A stretch of 64,000 nt of DNA from Alphaproteobacteria bacterium (lineage in GTDB: Bacteria > Pseudomonadota > Alphaproteobacteria > MPNO01). Shown in pieces: positions 48,831-58,404 of the stretch. A program made the position numbers and the translations under genes. The stretch spans positions 1,728,001 through 1,792,000 of the forward strand of contig CBDFLJ010000001.1 of the NCBI GenBank assembly GCA_965248835.1. The letters run 5' to 3'. Every line of letters begins with the position of its first letter. Within the stretch, counting starts at the first letter, position 1. Under the pieces are notes generated by a model. The model worked only from the letters and a program-made list of their open reading frames with translations. It did not search any database and had not been told where the DNA came from.

Positions 48831-48988
48831 CACGCGGGCCGTGGGTCTCGATGAAGCTCTCGACCCGGCAGCGGCGGCCCCGGCGGTTGCGTATCCGCCC
48901 GATCGGCGTGACCCGGTACCCGCGACAGCCGTCGATATGGCGGGCAAACCGCGCGGCGCCGCCCCCCTCGGACCCGTGGTTTATGTGC

Positions 48989-49960
48989 TCAAGATCCGGC
49001 CGGCGCGTTCTTGCCCAGCCAGTCGATTTCGAGGCTTTGCAGCACGCCTTCCAGATCCGACAAGTCGGTCGGCAGGATGACCCGGGTTTGTGCGCCGGCC
49101 AGGACCCGCAGCCGAACCAGGTATTTTGCCGCGAGCTGCATGCGCACCGAGTCCTCGCCGCCGTCTTGATTTATCGCGGCGGCAATTTTTTCGATTGACT
49201 CCGCGGTGGCCGCAGCGATCGCCCGAACCTCCTGGGCGCGGCCCTCGGCCTCGTTGATCGTGCGCTGCATCTGGCCTTCGGAGTGGTTGATCATCTCCAG
49301 CTTCTGACCTTCGGACATGTTGATGCGGCTTTGTTTTTCGCCTTCGGAGCGCGCCACCACGGCGCGCAGCTCGCGCTCCGCGGTGACCTGTTTTTCCATC
49401 GCCCGATGGACCGATTGCGGCGGCGTCAGGTTCTTGATCTCGTATCGATGAACCCGGATGCCCCACACCTCGCCGGCCCGCTCCAGCACCTCGACCACGC
49501 GTGAGCTGATCAGCTCGCGTTCTTCGAAGGTGCGGTCGAGATCGAGCGTGCCGATGACCGAGCGGGTCGTGGTCTGGGCAAGCTCCATCGCCGCGACCGA
49601 ATAGTCGGTGACGCCATAGCTGGCGCGCACCGGATCGACGACCGAAATGTACATGACGCCGTCGACCTCGACCCGGACCTCGTCCTTGGTGAAGCATTCC
49701 TGTGGCGGCACATCGACGGTTTCCTCCTTCAGGTCGTGAATGAAGGCGACGCGGTCGAGAACCGGAATCAAGGCGTGGAAGCCGGGACCGAGTGTCTTGC
49801 TATAGCGCCCCAAGCGCTCGACGATGAAGGCGGCCTGTGTCGGTACGACCCGGATCGCGGCGAAGAACTTGACCACCAGAATGAGAAAAAAGACGCCCCA
49901 GACCACGAAGTTGAAAAGCTGCCACGGGTCGATGCCCTGCAAGTTGAAGCTTGTGTCCAT
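48989..49960 (-). CDS. SPFH/band 7 domain protein (paraslipin/QmcA-like)
   Basis: IVERLGRY, VPPQECFTKDEV, LAQTTTRS, WGIRVHRYEIK. Confidence 0.9.
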   Translation of the reverse strand: MDTSFNLQGIDPWQLFNFVVWGVFFLILVVKFFAAIRVVPTQAAFIVERLGRYSKTLGPGFHALIPVLDRVAFIHDLKEETVDVPPQECFTKDEVRVEVDGVMYISVVDPVRASYGVTDYSVAAMELAQTTTRSVIGTLDLDRTFEERELISSRVVEVLERAGEVWGIRVHRYEIKNLTPPQSVHRAMEKQVTAERELRAVVARSEGEKQSRINMSEGQKLEMINHSEGQMQRTINEAEGRAQEVRAIAAATAESIEKIAAAINQDGGEDSVRMQLAAKYLVRLRVLAGAQTRVILPTDLSDLEGVLQSLEIDWLGKNAPAGS

Positions 49961-49972
49961 CGTTTCTTCTCC

Positions 49973-50953
49973 TTATTCGCTTGCCGGCCCCCACGGGGCG
50001 GGAGCACGCGGCGGCGCGCCGCTCGGCTTGGCATTGCTGCTGCCGTCGGGGAAGGCATCGGCAATGCTGGACATGCCCTGGAAGAAGCCCCGCATGTTGG
50101 CGAGGTCGACCGGCACCACCGAGACGTCCGCCTTTTCGATAATTTCGCCCAGGGTCTCGATGAACTGCTCCACGAGCTGGGCCTTGACGGCCGCCGAGCC
50201 GCCCGGCTTGCAGTTGGCGCGCGCGATCATCTCCGTCCCCTCGGCAGTCGCCGCAGCGATCAGGGCGATCGACTGGGCGCGCCCGTTCGCTTCGTTGATC
50301 CGGCGCTGCTTTTCGCCTTCCGAGACGTTGATTTCGGCCTGACGCTCGCCTTGCGAGACGTTGATCATGGCCGCTTTGTCGGCCGAGGCGTTGGTTACCT
50401 CGGCGCGTTTTTCGCGCTCCGCTTCCATCTGTTTTTCGAGCGTCTGCACGACGTGCCGGGACGGGGTGATGTTCTTGAGCTCGTAGCGCAGGATCTTCAC
50501 GCCCCAGGGGTCGGAAGCCTTGTCGATTTCCTTGATGATGGTCTCGTTGAGCGTTTCGCGCTCCGAGAAGGTCTGCCCGAGCGACAACTTGCCGATCTCG
50601 GCCCGCATCGTGGTTTGCGCCAGATTGACCGTGGCGCGCCGGTAGTCCTCGATTCCGTAGCTGGCGCGCTCGGCATCCATCACCTTGAGGTAGACCAGCC
50701 CGTCGACGTCGACCTGGATGTTGTCGCGCGTGATACAGCTTTGACTGGGAATGTCGATGACCTGCTCGCGGATCTCGTGCCGGTAGGCGACGCGATCGAA
50801 GAACGGTATCAGGAAATGCATGCCGGGCTGCAGGACGGAGCGGAATTTTCCCAGCCGCTCGACCACGTTGGCCTCGCGCATCGGGACGATCACCACGGTT
50901 CGCCAGATGACAAGCCCGGCGATCAGCAACCCAACCGTAAAAGCGGTCAACAT
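49973..50953 (-). CDS. SPFH/band 7 domain protein (paraslipin/QmcA-like)
   Basis: VVERLGKF, QSCITRDNI, LAQTTMR, WGVKILRYELK, QMEAEREKRA. Confidence 0.9.
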   Translation of the reverse strand: MLTAFTVGLLIAGLVIWRTVVIVPMREANVVERLGKFRSVLQPGMHFLIPFFDRVAYRHEIREQVIDIPSQSCITRDNIQVDVDGLVYLKVMDAERASYGIEDYRRATVNLAQTTMRAEIGKLSLGQTFSERETLNETIIKEIDKASDPWGVKILRYELKNITPSRHVVQTLEKQMEAEREKRAEVTNASADKAAMINVSQGERQAEINVSEGEKQRRINEANGRAQSIALIAAATAEGTEMIARANCKPGGSAAVKAQLVEQFIETLGEIIEKADVSVVPVDLANMRGFFQGMSSIADAFPDGSSNAKPSGAPPRAPAPWGPASE

Positions 50954-50989
50954 GTCCCCTCCCCGATCCCTTGATTCGGTCTTCAGCCC

Positions 50990-51463
50990 CTAGTCCGGCG
51001 CGCCCGGGCCATCGTCGAGCGCTTCGACGATCCACACGAGGTTGTCGCAATATACCAGCTTCGCCTGGCTGCCGGCTGCCAGCGTATGCTCGTAACAGAT
51101 CGCCGGCCAGGTCGTGCCGCGATACCGTATGCGGCCGTATTCACCCTTGTCGCCGGGTTCGCCCTTGGTGATGGTCTCGGCGACCTCGACCACCTGGCCA
51201 AAGGAGTCGACATCCTCGTCGGCCGAGCTCCACGCCTCCTCGCCCGGCATCATGCGCTGAAACAGGCCCCGCAGCACGATCAACGACACCAGCGAAACCA
51301 CGAACCACGCGGTCAGGGCGGGGATCCATCCATCGATCACGCCGAGCCAGATCAGCCCGGCGACGATCAGCGCGGCGACCCCAAGAAACACCAGAACCAT
51401 CCCGGGGACAACGATCTCGAGCAGAGCCAGGACGATGCCGCCAACGACCCAATACGTCAGCAT
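50990..51463 (-). CDS. NfeD-like short membrane protein (YbbJ type)
   Basis: Three TM helices (LLEIVVPG) plus OB-fold GRIRYRGTTW; upstream of the SPFH genes. Confidence 0.85.
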   Translation of the reverse strand: MLTYWVVGGIVLALLEIVVPGMVLVFLGVAALIVAGLIWLGVIDGWIPALTAWFVVSLVSLIVLRGLFQRMMPGEEAWSSADEDVDSFGQVVEVAETITKGEPGDKGEYGRIRYRGTTWPAICYEHTLAAGSQAKLVYCDNLVWIVEALDDGPGAPD

Positions 51464-51756
51464 CCTGGTTTTCCCATCGGCTGCTTGTTCGACATCTCCG
51501 CGTCAAGCTCCGATATCGCGCGAATCAAATCGCCATACCAAACAGGATCGGAACCGGTCGGAACCGCCGTTATCCCGCGAAGATTTCGCCAAGTCGGCGG
51601 TGATATCGGCAAGATCCCGGCGACCGGCCCCCACCGCGTGTTCCAGTTTGAATGTTAGCTCATGGCCGGGCTTTGTTCCAGTGGGCGCGCGGTCGGAGGC
51701 GTCGGTCGGGGTTGCGCGGCCGTCCGGCAGGCAAACGGCGTGCCGCATCGCCGGTG

Positions 51757-52011
51757 TCAGCGGGACGGCGCACCCACTACCCCCAAAGCCGACTTGGGCG
51801 CTGTAGCAGCGTGCACGGTGGATTTGGAGGCCTTCTGACGGCCTTCTATCCGCGCCCTCAGATTGAGCACCCCTTGGGTCTCCATCGCGCGGCCGAATGC
51901 CCTGGCGGCCGCGTTCCATTGGTTCTTGCACGCGGTCGAGCAGAAGCGCTTCGGGGAGCCGCCGCGCGTCGGAGCCTCGAACGGCTCGCCGCACCAGGGG
52001 CATTCGGTCAT
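51757..52011 (-). CDS. Small Cys4 zinc-finger-like hypothetical protein, mobile-element type
   Basis: MTECPWCGEPF...KRFCSTAC; adjacent to the att-like tRNA fragment. Confidence 0.5.
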   Translation of the reverse strand: MTECPWCGEPFEAPTRGGSPKRFCSTACKNQWNAAARAFGRAMETQGVLNLRARIEGRQKASKSTVHAATAPKSALGVVGAPSR

Positions 52012-52144
52012 GCCGCGCCGATCTCCGGCGCCCGATCGTCGATGCTGGTAGTTAGACAAATCGCCCGTAAGGCATTGATTCGCCGTCGGGCGATTCAGGG
52101 GTGAAGGTGTTTAACCGTATGGGAATCATCGAGAAAATCTAAGC

Positions 52145-52189
52145 TTCCTAATCCGTAGGTCGCAGGTTCGCATCCTGCCGGCCTCGCCA
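52145..52189 (+). mobile_element. 3' half of tRNA-Arg(CCT): att-like island boundary
   Basis: TTCCTAA anticodon loop, TCCG, GCAGG-TTCGCAT-CCTGC T arm, acceptor 3' strand, CCA; no 5' half or D arm upstream. Confidence 0.75.
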
Positions 52190-52215
52190 CCGCCGACAAG
52201 GAACGCGCGGACACC

Positions 52216-52247
52216 TTCCGTCCGATCGGTTTTCTTGCCGGATGGAA
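52216..52247. terminator. Hairpin downstream of the tRNA fragment and the convergent DMT gene
   Basis: TTCCGTCCG...CGGATGGAA inverted repeat. Confidence 0.4.
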
Positions 52248-52301
52248 CCGCGAACCTGTCGCGCCCCCGATGCTGGATGAGGACACAAGCGACGCTTCCG
52301 C

Positions 52302-53183
52302 TCAGGGGCGGCCCGCGCGGTGCTCCTGCCAGACGCTATGGAAGTTGCCGATGAAGATCAGGAGCGCGCCGATCAGCACGAACGGGTTCAGCCCTTCCTT
52401 GTAGAGCAGGTAGGCAACACCGGCGGTGATCGGCAGGCGCAGGAAGTCGATGGGCCCGACGACGGTCGCATCGGCCAGCGCCAGCGCGCGGGTCATCGAA
52501 TAGTGGGCCAGCACACCCGTCACGCCGATCATCACCAGCCACGGCGCGTGCTCCCAGACCGGCGTGGTCCAGTTGAACATCGCCGCGATGCCGGAAATCG
52601 GCAACTGGACGATCTGCATGTACAAGACGATGGTGAACGCGCCCTCGGTCCGGGTGAGCGCCTTGACGATCACGTTCGAGGTGGCGAAGAAGACCGCCGA
52701 TCCGATGATCACCAGGGCTGCCGGGTCGACCGCCTCCACGCCGGGCCGCAGGATCACCATGACGCCGAGAAAGCCGAGCCCGATCGCGACCAGCCGGTTG
52801 CGCGTCAGCGCCTCGCCCAGGAAGATCGCCGCCAGCACCGCCACCCAGATCGGTGTGGTGAACTCCAGGGCGGTGACCACCGCCAGCGGCAGCAGGGTGA
52901 TGGCGTAGATCCAGGACGCCTGGCCGACGAAGTTGGCGGCGTTGCGCAAGACGTGCATGCCCAAACGGCTGGTGACCAGGACCGAGGGCCCGCGGGCCAG
53001 CGCGGTCGGCGTCAGGATGAGCAGCGAGATGGTGTTGCGGATGAACAGGATCTCGAAGACGTCGAGATCATCGGCCAGCGCGCGCACGGCGATCATCTGG
53101 GCGAGGAACGCCGCGATCGTCACGCCCATCCAGGCCGCCGCGCCGAGCGCGTCGTCGGGCCGGCCGGGGCCGACCGGGGCCAT
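52302..53183 (-). CDS. DMT/EamA family transporter
   Basis: EILFIRN, LEFTTP, LRPG, PIDFLRLP. Confidence 0.88.
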   Translation of the reverse strand: MAPVGPGRPDDALGAAAWMGVTIAAFLAQMIAVRALADDLDVFEILFIRNTISLLILTPTALARGPSVLVTSRLGMHVLRNAANFVGQASWIYAITLLPLAVVTALEFTTPIWVAVLAAIFLGEALTRNRLVAIGLGFLGVMVILRPGVEAVDPAALVIIGSAVFFATSNVIVKALTRTEGAFTIVLYMQIVQLPISGIAAMFNWTTPVWEHAPWLVMIGVTGVLAHYSMTRALALADATVVGPIDFLRLPITAGVAYLLYKEGLNPFVLIGALLIFIGNFHSVWQEHRAGRP

Positions 53184-54100
53184 TATTGCGACGCCGGCGC
53201 GAGGCGCCGCCGATCCAGCTTCGCCTCGCTCCGGGCGGTATAGGTCGTCGAACCGAAGATCACCGCGGCACCGATCCAGGTCCACTTGTCGGGCACCTCG
53301 GCGAAGATCAGCCATGCCGCAAGCGCGGTGAACGGCAACCGCAGGAAGTCCATCGGGGCGACCAGGCTCGCCTCCAGCATGTGCAGCGACCGGGTCAGGC
53401 AGTAGGGCGCGGCGGTGCCGATCACCGCCAACGCGAACAACAGCGGGATCTCCTGCCATGTCGGCCCCTGCCACAGGATGATCGTCGGAACGGCGCCGAC
53501 CACGACTATCAGCAGGTTCGAATAGAAGCCGATGGCGAGGGCGGAGTCGGTCCTGGTGAGCATCTTGATGAAGATGACCGCGCCGGCGTAGAAGACCGCC
53601 GAGCCGAGCACCAGGAAGGCCGGCAGATCGACGGCGACGATGCCCGGGCGCAGGACGACCAGGACGCCCAGGAAACCGATCCCGGTCGCGCTCCACCGCC
53701 GCCACCCGATGCCTTCGGACAGGAACAGGGCGGCCAGGATCACCGTGAACAGCGGCAGGGTGAAGTGTAGCGCCGTCGCCTCGGCCAGCGGCATCGCCAG
53801 GATCGCCTGAAACCACATGGTCATCGCGATGAAATTTGCCGCCGCGCGGGCGAAATGAAGCCTCAGCACCGCGGTTCGCAGGCTCCGGATATCGTGCCAC
53901 AGGAAATACATCCCCAGCGCGATGGCGCCGATCATCGAGCGGTGGAAGATGATCTCGATGGGCGTCATGTCGGTGGCGAGCTCGCGCACCAGGACGGGCG
54001 TCAGCGTGAACAGCATCATCGAGACGACCGCCCAGGCGATGCCGTTCAGGACGCGCCCGGGGCCATGCTGTCCCGCGCCGTCATGCTGGGTTGTCGCCAT
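53183..54100 (-). CDS. DMT/EamA family transporter
   Basis: LHFTLPLF, GWRRW, LRPG, PMDFLRLP; stop overlaps the next start. Confidence 0.88.
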   Translation of the reverse strand: MATTQHDGAGQHGPGRVLNGIAWAVVSMMLFTLTPVLVRELATDMTPIEIIFHRSMIGAIALGMYFLWHDIRSLRTAVLRLHFARAAANFIAMTMWFQAILAMPLAEATALHFTLPLFTVILAALFLSEGIGWRRWSATGIGFLGVLVVLRPGIVAVDLPAFLVLGSAVFYAGAVIFIKMLTRTDSALAIGFYSNLLIVVVGAVPTIILWQGPTWQEIPLLFALAVIGTAAPYCLTRSLHMLEASLVAPMDFLRLPFTALAAWLIFAEVPDKWTWIGAAVIFGSTTYTARSEAKLDRRRLAPASQ

Positions 54101-54165
54101 GTGCGAACACTAGCCCATGGCCCTGCGCGTGTCGTGCGGCAACGGGCGGCGGGCCGGACCGAGCC

Positions 54166-55710
54166 TCACCGGCCGGCGCGGCGGTCCCAGTCGCGGCGCA
54201 GCACGTTGCGGTCGATCTTGCCGCGCTCGTTCTTGGGGATTTCGGCGCAGATCACGATGTCGCGCGGCCGCTTGAAGTCCGGCAGCACGGCCGCGCAATG
54301 CGCGCGCACCGAGTCCTCCCGGAGGGCGGCGCCGGGCCGGGGCGCGACATAGCTCACCACCGCCTCGCCGTAGACCGGATCGGCGGTGCCGATGCTTGCG
54401 GCCTCGACGATGTCCGGATGCAGCACCAGCGCGTTGTCGATCTCCAGCGGTGCGATGTTGACCCCGCCGCGGATGATCACGTCCTTCGCCCGCCCGGTGA
54501 CGTGCAGGTAGCCGTCCTCGTCGAGATAGCCGAGGTCCCCGGTCTTCAGCCGGCGGCCGCGGATCCGCTCCAGCCGGCCGCCGGGGTGCAGGTAGCCGTA
54601 GCCGTTCTGCGCCCCGCCGATCTCGATCTCGCCGACCGCGCCGGCGGGCAGCCCGGTGCCGTCGGGCGCAACGATTGCGAGGTTCTGATAGAGCCCGGGC
54701 GGGCCGACGCTGCCGATCCGCCGGGCGCCGGCATGATTGCCCGCGACCACGCCGCCCTCGCTCATGCCGTAGAGCTGGACCAGCTCGATGCCGTAGGTCT
54801 CCTCGAACCGGCGGTGCTGGTCGACCAGCAGCGGCGCCGTCGAGCAGCTCATGAATCGCACGCCGTCGAAGCCCCCGCCGGGCGGCGGGCCGTCGCGATC
54901 GAGCAGCATGTTCACCACCGTCGGCACGCCGATCACCACGCTGGGCCGGTGGGTGTCGATCCATTCGAAAAAACCGGACTTCGAGAACCGGCGCGTGAAC
55001 AGGACCGTCGCGCCGACAACCAGGCAGGGCATCAGCGTCAGCATGTGCGAGGACGCCCAGCTGAACGACCGGTATTCGAGCACCCGGTCCGCGGGGCCCA
55101 GCTTCCACATGTCGATGGTCTGCCGGGCGATCCAGAAATAGTTGCCGAACTCGTGGAGCACGCCCTTGGGCGCGGCCGACGTGCCGGAGGTGAAGCTGAT
55201 CACCGCGACGGTGTCGGGATCGACCGGCCCGGTGGCCACCCCGGCCGCCGCGTCCGCTGCGGGCAGCCCGCGCACGGCCTCGAACAGCGCGGTCATCGAC
55301 AGGCGCCGGAAGTCGCCGTCGGGCAGGCTCCGGGCCTCGATCGGGGTATCGAAGACCACCAGGCGCGGGCCGACGCGCGCGATCATTTCCTCGATATGGG
55401 CGGCGTTTACCTCGACATTGATCGTGCAATAGCTTGCGCCGTAGGCCAGCGTCGCGAAGTAGAGCGCGACCTGGTCGAGCGTGTTCTCGCTCAGCACCAG
55501 CACCCGGTCGCCGCGGCCGATCCCGTGATCGGCGAAGTACCGCGCGAACTGTCCGGCGAGCGTGTGCATCCCGGCGAAGCTCAGCGCGCGCCCTTCCTCG
55601 ATCGCATGCAGGAAAGTCTTGCCGGGCGCCGCTGCCGCATGCGCACGGATCAGGCAGGCGACATCGCGATAGTGCGCCCGGTCGGGCGTCTGCAACGGGG
55701 CCTGTGGCAT
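54166..55710 (-). CDS. AMP-binding acyl-CoA ligase
   Basis: FTSGTSAAPKG, YGMSE, TGDLG, GKID. Confidence 0.88.
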   Translation of the reverse strand: MPQAPLQTPDRAHYRDVACLIRAHAAAAPGKTFLHAIEEGRALSFAGMHTLAGQFARYFADHGIGRGDRVLVLSENTLDQVALYFATLAYGASYCTINVEVNAAHIEEMIARVGPRLVVFDTPIEARSLPDGDFRRLSMTALFEAVRGLPAADAAAGVATGPVDPDTVAVISFTSGTSAAPKGVLHEFGNYFWIARQTIDMWKLGPADRVLEYRSFSWASSHMLTLMPCLVVGATVLFTRRFSKSGFFEWIDTHRPSVVIGVPTVVNMLLDRDGPPPGGGFDGVRFMSCSTAPLLVDQHRRFEETYGIELVQLYGMSEGGVVAGNHAGARRIGSVGPPGLYQNLAIVAPDGTGLPAGAVGEIEIGGAQNGYGYLHPGGRLERIRGRRLKTGDLGYLDEDGYLHVTGRAKDVIIRGGVNIAPLEIDNALVLHPDIVEAASIGTADPVYGEAVVSYVAPRPGAALREDSVRAHCAAVLPDFKRPRDIVICAEIPKNERGKIDRNVLRRDWDRRAGR

Positions 55711-55839
55711 CGATTTCGCGCCCGATGACGGTCGGCGGCCATCCTAGCACGGATGGGCAAAGCCGGCCGTATTGCCGGCCGCGCGGATTCGGGGCACGAT
55801 CGGCCGCCACACTCAGCCGCCATACTGTGGGAGGGACCG

Positions 55840-56859
55840 ATGTCGACAGCGCCAAGCGTGCGCGGGGGGGCCAACGATTTCCACGACGCGATCGAGGATG
55901 CGCATGTCGTCGCGCTGTGGGAGATGTTCCGCGGCGAGGGTGGTCCGGGGATCAAGCCCGAGCCGGCGTTTCATTGGCCGTGGCCGGTCATCGGGCCGTT
56001 GCTCGACCGGGCGGTGGCGGAAACCGACATGGACAATGCCGAACGCCGGGTGCTGTCGCTCGCCAACCCGGCCTATGGCCGCGAGGACGACTATCGCGCG
56101 ACGACCAATCTGAATGCCGGGCTGCAGATCCTGATGCCCGGCGAGAACGCGCGGCCCCACCGGCATTCCATGGATGCGCTGCGGTTCGTGATCGAAGGCG
56201 AGGGTGCGGCGACCACGGTCGACGGCAAGCGCTGCGAGATGGTGCGCGGCGACCTGATCCTGACGCCGGCCTGGACCTGGCACGAGCACGAACACAGGGG
56301 CGAGTCCCGTGTCGTCTGGCTCGACTCGCTCGACGTGCCGCTTGTCATGGGCATGGACGTGACGTTCTTCGAGCCCGGCCCGGCCGGCGATTTCCCGGAA
56401 CTGCCGGCGGACCCGGCGTTCGCCGCGGCGGGCCTGGTTCCCGCCGGGACGGTGACCACCGCCTACTCGCCGCTGTTCCGTTATCCCTGGGCGGAGGCGC
56501 GCGCGGCGCTGGCCGCCGCGCCGGCCGAAGACGACGGCTCGCGGCTGATGCGCTATGTCAACCCGGCGACCGGCGGTCCGGTCTTGTCGCGGCTGGACTG
56601 CTATCTGCTGGGGCTCGAGCGCGGCAAGCCGACCCGCCGCTACCGGACGACCAGCAACGCGGTCTGTTTCGTGGTCGAGGGCGAGGGCGAGAGCACGATC
56701 GGCGACGTCACGATCGGCTGGGGCGTCAACGACATCTTCACCCTGCCGCATTGGAGCTGGGCCTCGCATACGGCATCGAGCGAGACCGCGGCGATCTTCC
56801 AGTCGACCGACCGCGAGGTCATGAACCGGCTCGGGCTGCTGCGCGAAGAGCGGGACTAG
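55840..56859 (+). CDS. Gentisate 1,2-dioxygenase-like bicupin
   Basis: AERRVL.LANP, GLQILMPGE.ARPHRH, TPAWTWHEH, WLDSLDVP, YVNPATGG. Confidence 0.82.
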   Translation: MSTAPSVRGGANDFHDAIEDAHVVALWEMFRGEGGPGIKPEPAFHWPWPVIGPLLDRAVAETDMDNAERRVLSLANPAYGREDDYRATTNLNAGLQILMPGENARPHRHSMDALRFVIEGEGAATTVDGKRCEMVRGDLILTPAWTWHEHEHRGESRVVWLDSLDVPLVMGMDVTFFEPGPAGDFPELPADPAFAAAGLVPAGTVTTAYSPLFRYPWAEARAALAAAPAEDDGSRLMRYVNPATGGPVLSRLDCYLLGLERGKPTRRYRTTSNAVCFVVEGEGESTIGDVTIGWGVNDIFTLPHWSWASHTASSETAAIFQSTDREVMNRLGLLREERD

Positions 56860-56924
56860 CGCTTTTCCGGATCACGCCATGTCGCCGCGCCGGGCGCCGG
56901 TATCCATCGGCCTGTCCGCCCGGT

Positions 56925-57230
56925 TCAGTCCCCGCTGCCCGGGACCATGTCGCGGGCGTAGGCCCGGGCGGCCTCGCTGTCGTTGTGGTTGTAGACCCCG
57001 CCGTGAAAGAACCGGCTGACCTGCGGCAGGAAATAGGGGTGGACGCCGAGCCGGGCGAGGGTGCGGATGTCGATCGCCCGGAACGCCTCCTTCTCGGGCT
57101 CGGACAGGCCGTACGCCTCCATGACGCTTTCCATGTCCTGGCGAAAGCGCTGAAACAGCGCCATGTCGCGGCGGATCTCGAAGATCATCTTGTTCGCCGG
57201 CAGCGTCCGGTCGACATCGGCAATCGGCAT
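56925..57230 (-). CDS. LigA-like aromatic ring-opening dioxygenase alpha-subunit domain protein
   Basis: FQRFRQD...YGLSEPEKEAF...LARLGVHPY pattern; GGAGG RBS. Confidence 0.65.
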   Translation of the reverse strand: MPIADVDRTLPANKMIFEIRRDMALFQRFRQDMESVMEAYGLSEPEKEAFRAIDIRTLARLGVHPYFLPQVSRFFHGGVYNHNDSEAARAYARDMVPGSGD

Positions 57231-57281
57231 ATCGGCCTCCCGTCTGGCTCCCGCCCGCAGCGGGGCTGCTGAGGACTCCTC

Positions 57282-58247
57282 TCAAACCGACAATGCGTCA
57301 GGCGTTGCGTAGTTCAGGAAACTCTCGGGCAGCGCCGCGCCCCAGTATACGCCGGTGCCGCGGGCCGCCTCGTCCCAGACCACGGTCTCGAAATCGGGTG
57401 CGAAGATGAAGAAGCCGCTGGCATAGACCTCGACCCGGTTGCCGCCCGGCTCGTAGCTGTAGATGTAGAACGCCTGGGAGTTGTTGTGCTTGGACGGGCC
57501 GGCCTCGATGAACACGCCGTTCTCCATGAACAGGTCGGCCGCGCGCAGGACGTCGGCCCGGTCATCGACCCATAGCGAGAAGTGGTGCAGCCGGCCGTGC
57601 TGGCCGGTCGTATCCACGATATAGGCGATCTCGTGATGGGTCGCCGAGGACGACATCCACGAGCCGATCTCGCGCGTGCCGTTCTCGTAGACCACCTGCT
57701 CGCGCAGCTTCAGCCCGAGCACGTCGCGGGCGAACCGGCGGTTGGCGCCGACATCCTTGCACAGGACCGCCAGGTGGTCGGTCCTGCGCACCCCGACGCC
57801 GTGGCGCGGATAGCGCATCGGCAGGTTGTTCAGCGTCGAGCGCAGGCCCTCCGGCGCGATATAGCGCTGCTCGTCGTAATAGATCTCCATCGCGTGGCCG
57901 TCCGGGTCGCGGAAGCAATAGGCGGCGCCGTGGCCGAAATCGCCGTTCGACCAGCCGGTGCCGAGGCCGGCGCGCTCGATCGCCGCAACCCGGCGGTCCA
58001 GCGCCGCCCGGCTGACCGTCCGCCAGGCGATGTGCCCGACACCGGGCTTTGCGGCCTCGGTCAGCTTGAGCGTCGTTGCGGCATAGTCGCCATAGCCGCG
58101 CAGGTAGACCGATTGGCCCTCGCTGTGAACCGCCTCCATCCCCAGGATGTCCGCGAAATACCACAGGCTCTCCTGCGGCTTGGGGGTCAGCAGCTCGACA
58201 TGGCCGAGATGGGCGATGTCCTGGATCGGCTCTTGAGCTTCAGGCAT
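57282..58247 (-). CDS. Catechol 2,3-dioxygenase (type I extradiol)
   Basis: AHLGHVELLTP, RRTDHL, LHHFS, GPSKH, YEPGGNRVE. Confidence 0.87.
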   Translation of the reverse strand: MPEAQEPIQDIAHLGHVELLTPKPQESLWYFADILGMEAVHSEGQSVYLRGYGDYAATTLKLTEAAKPGVGHIAWRTVSRAALDRRVAAIERAGLGTGWSNGDFGHGAAYCFRDPDGHAMEIYYDEQRYIAPEGLRSTLNNLPMRYPRHGVGVRRTDHLAVLCKDVGANRRFARDVLGLKLREQVVYENGTREIGSWMSSSATHHEIAYIVDTTGQHGRLHHFSLWVDDRADVLRAADLFMENGVFIEAGPSKHNNSQAFYIYSYEPGGNRVEVYASGFFIFAPDFETVVWDEAARGTGVYWGAALPESFLNYATPDALSV

Positions 58248-58404
58248 GGTGGACGTTCCCCTCGAATCCCGTTGCCGCCGGACATCATGCCACGCAAGCC
58301 CGCGTTGATCGATGCCAATCCGCTGCACCGTGGCTCACCTGCCGCCGAGCGGCCGGCCGGCTTCGTTGGATCGGCCGCGTGGCTGCATGAATTGCGGGAT
58401 CGCC

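Noticed and set aside
52145-52189. Functional tRNA gene
   Set aside because: No D arm or 5' acceptor strand upstream; only the 3' half is present.
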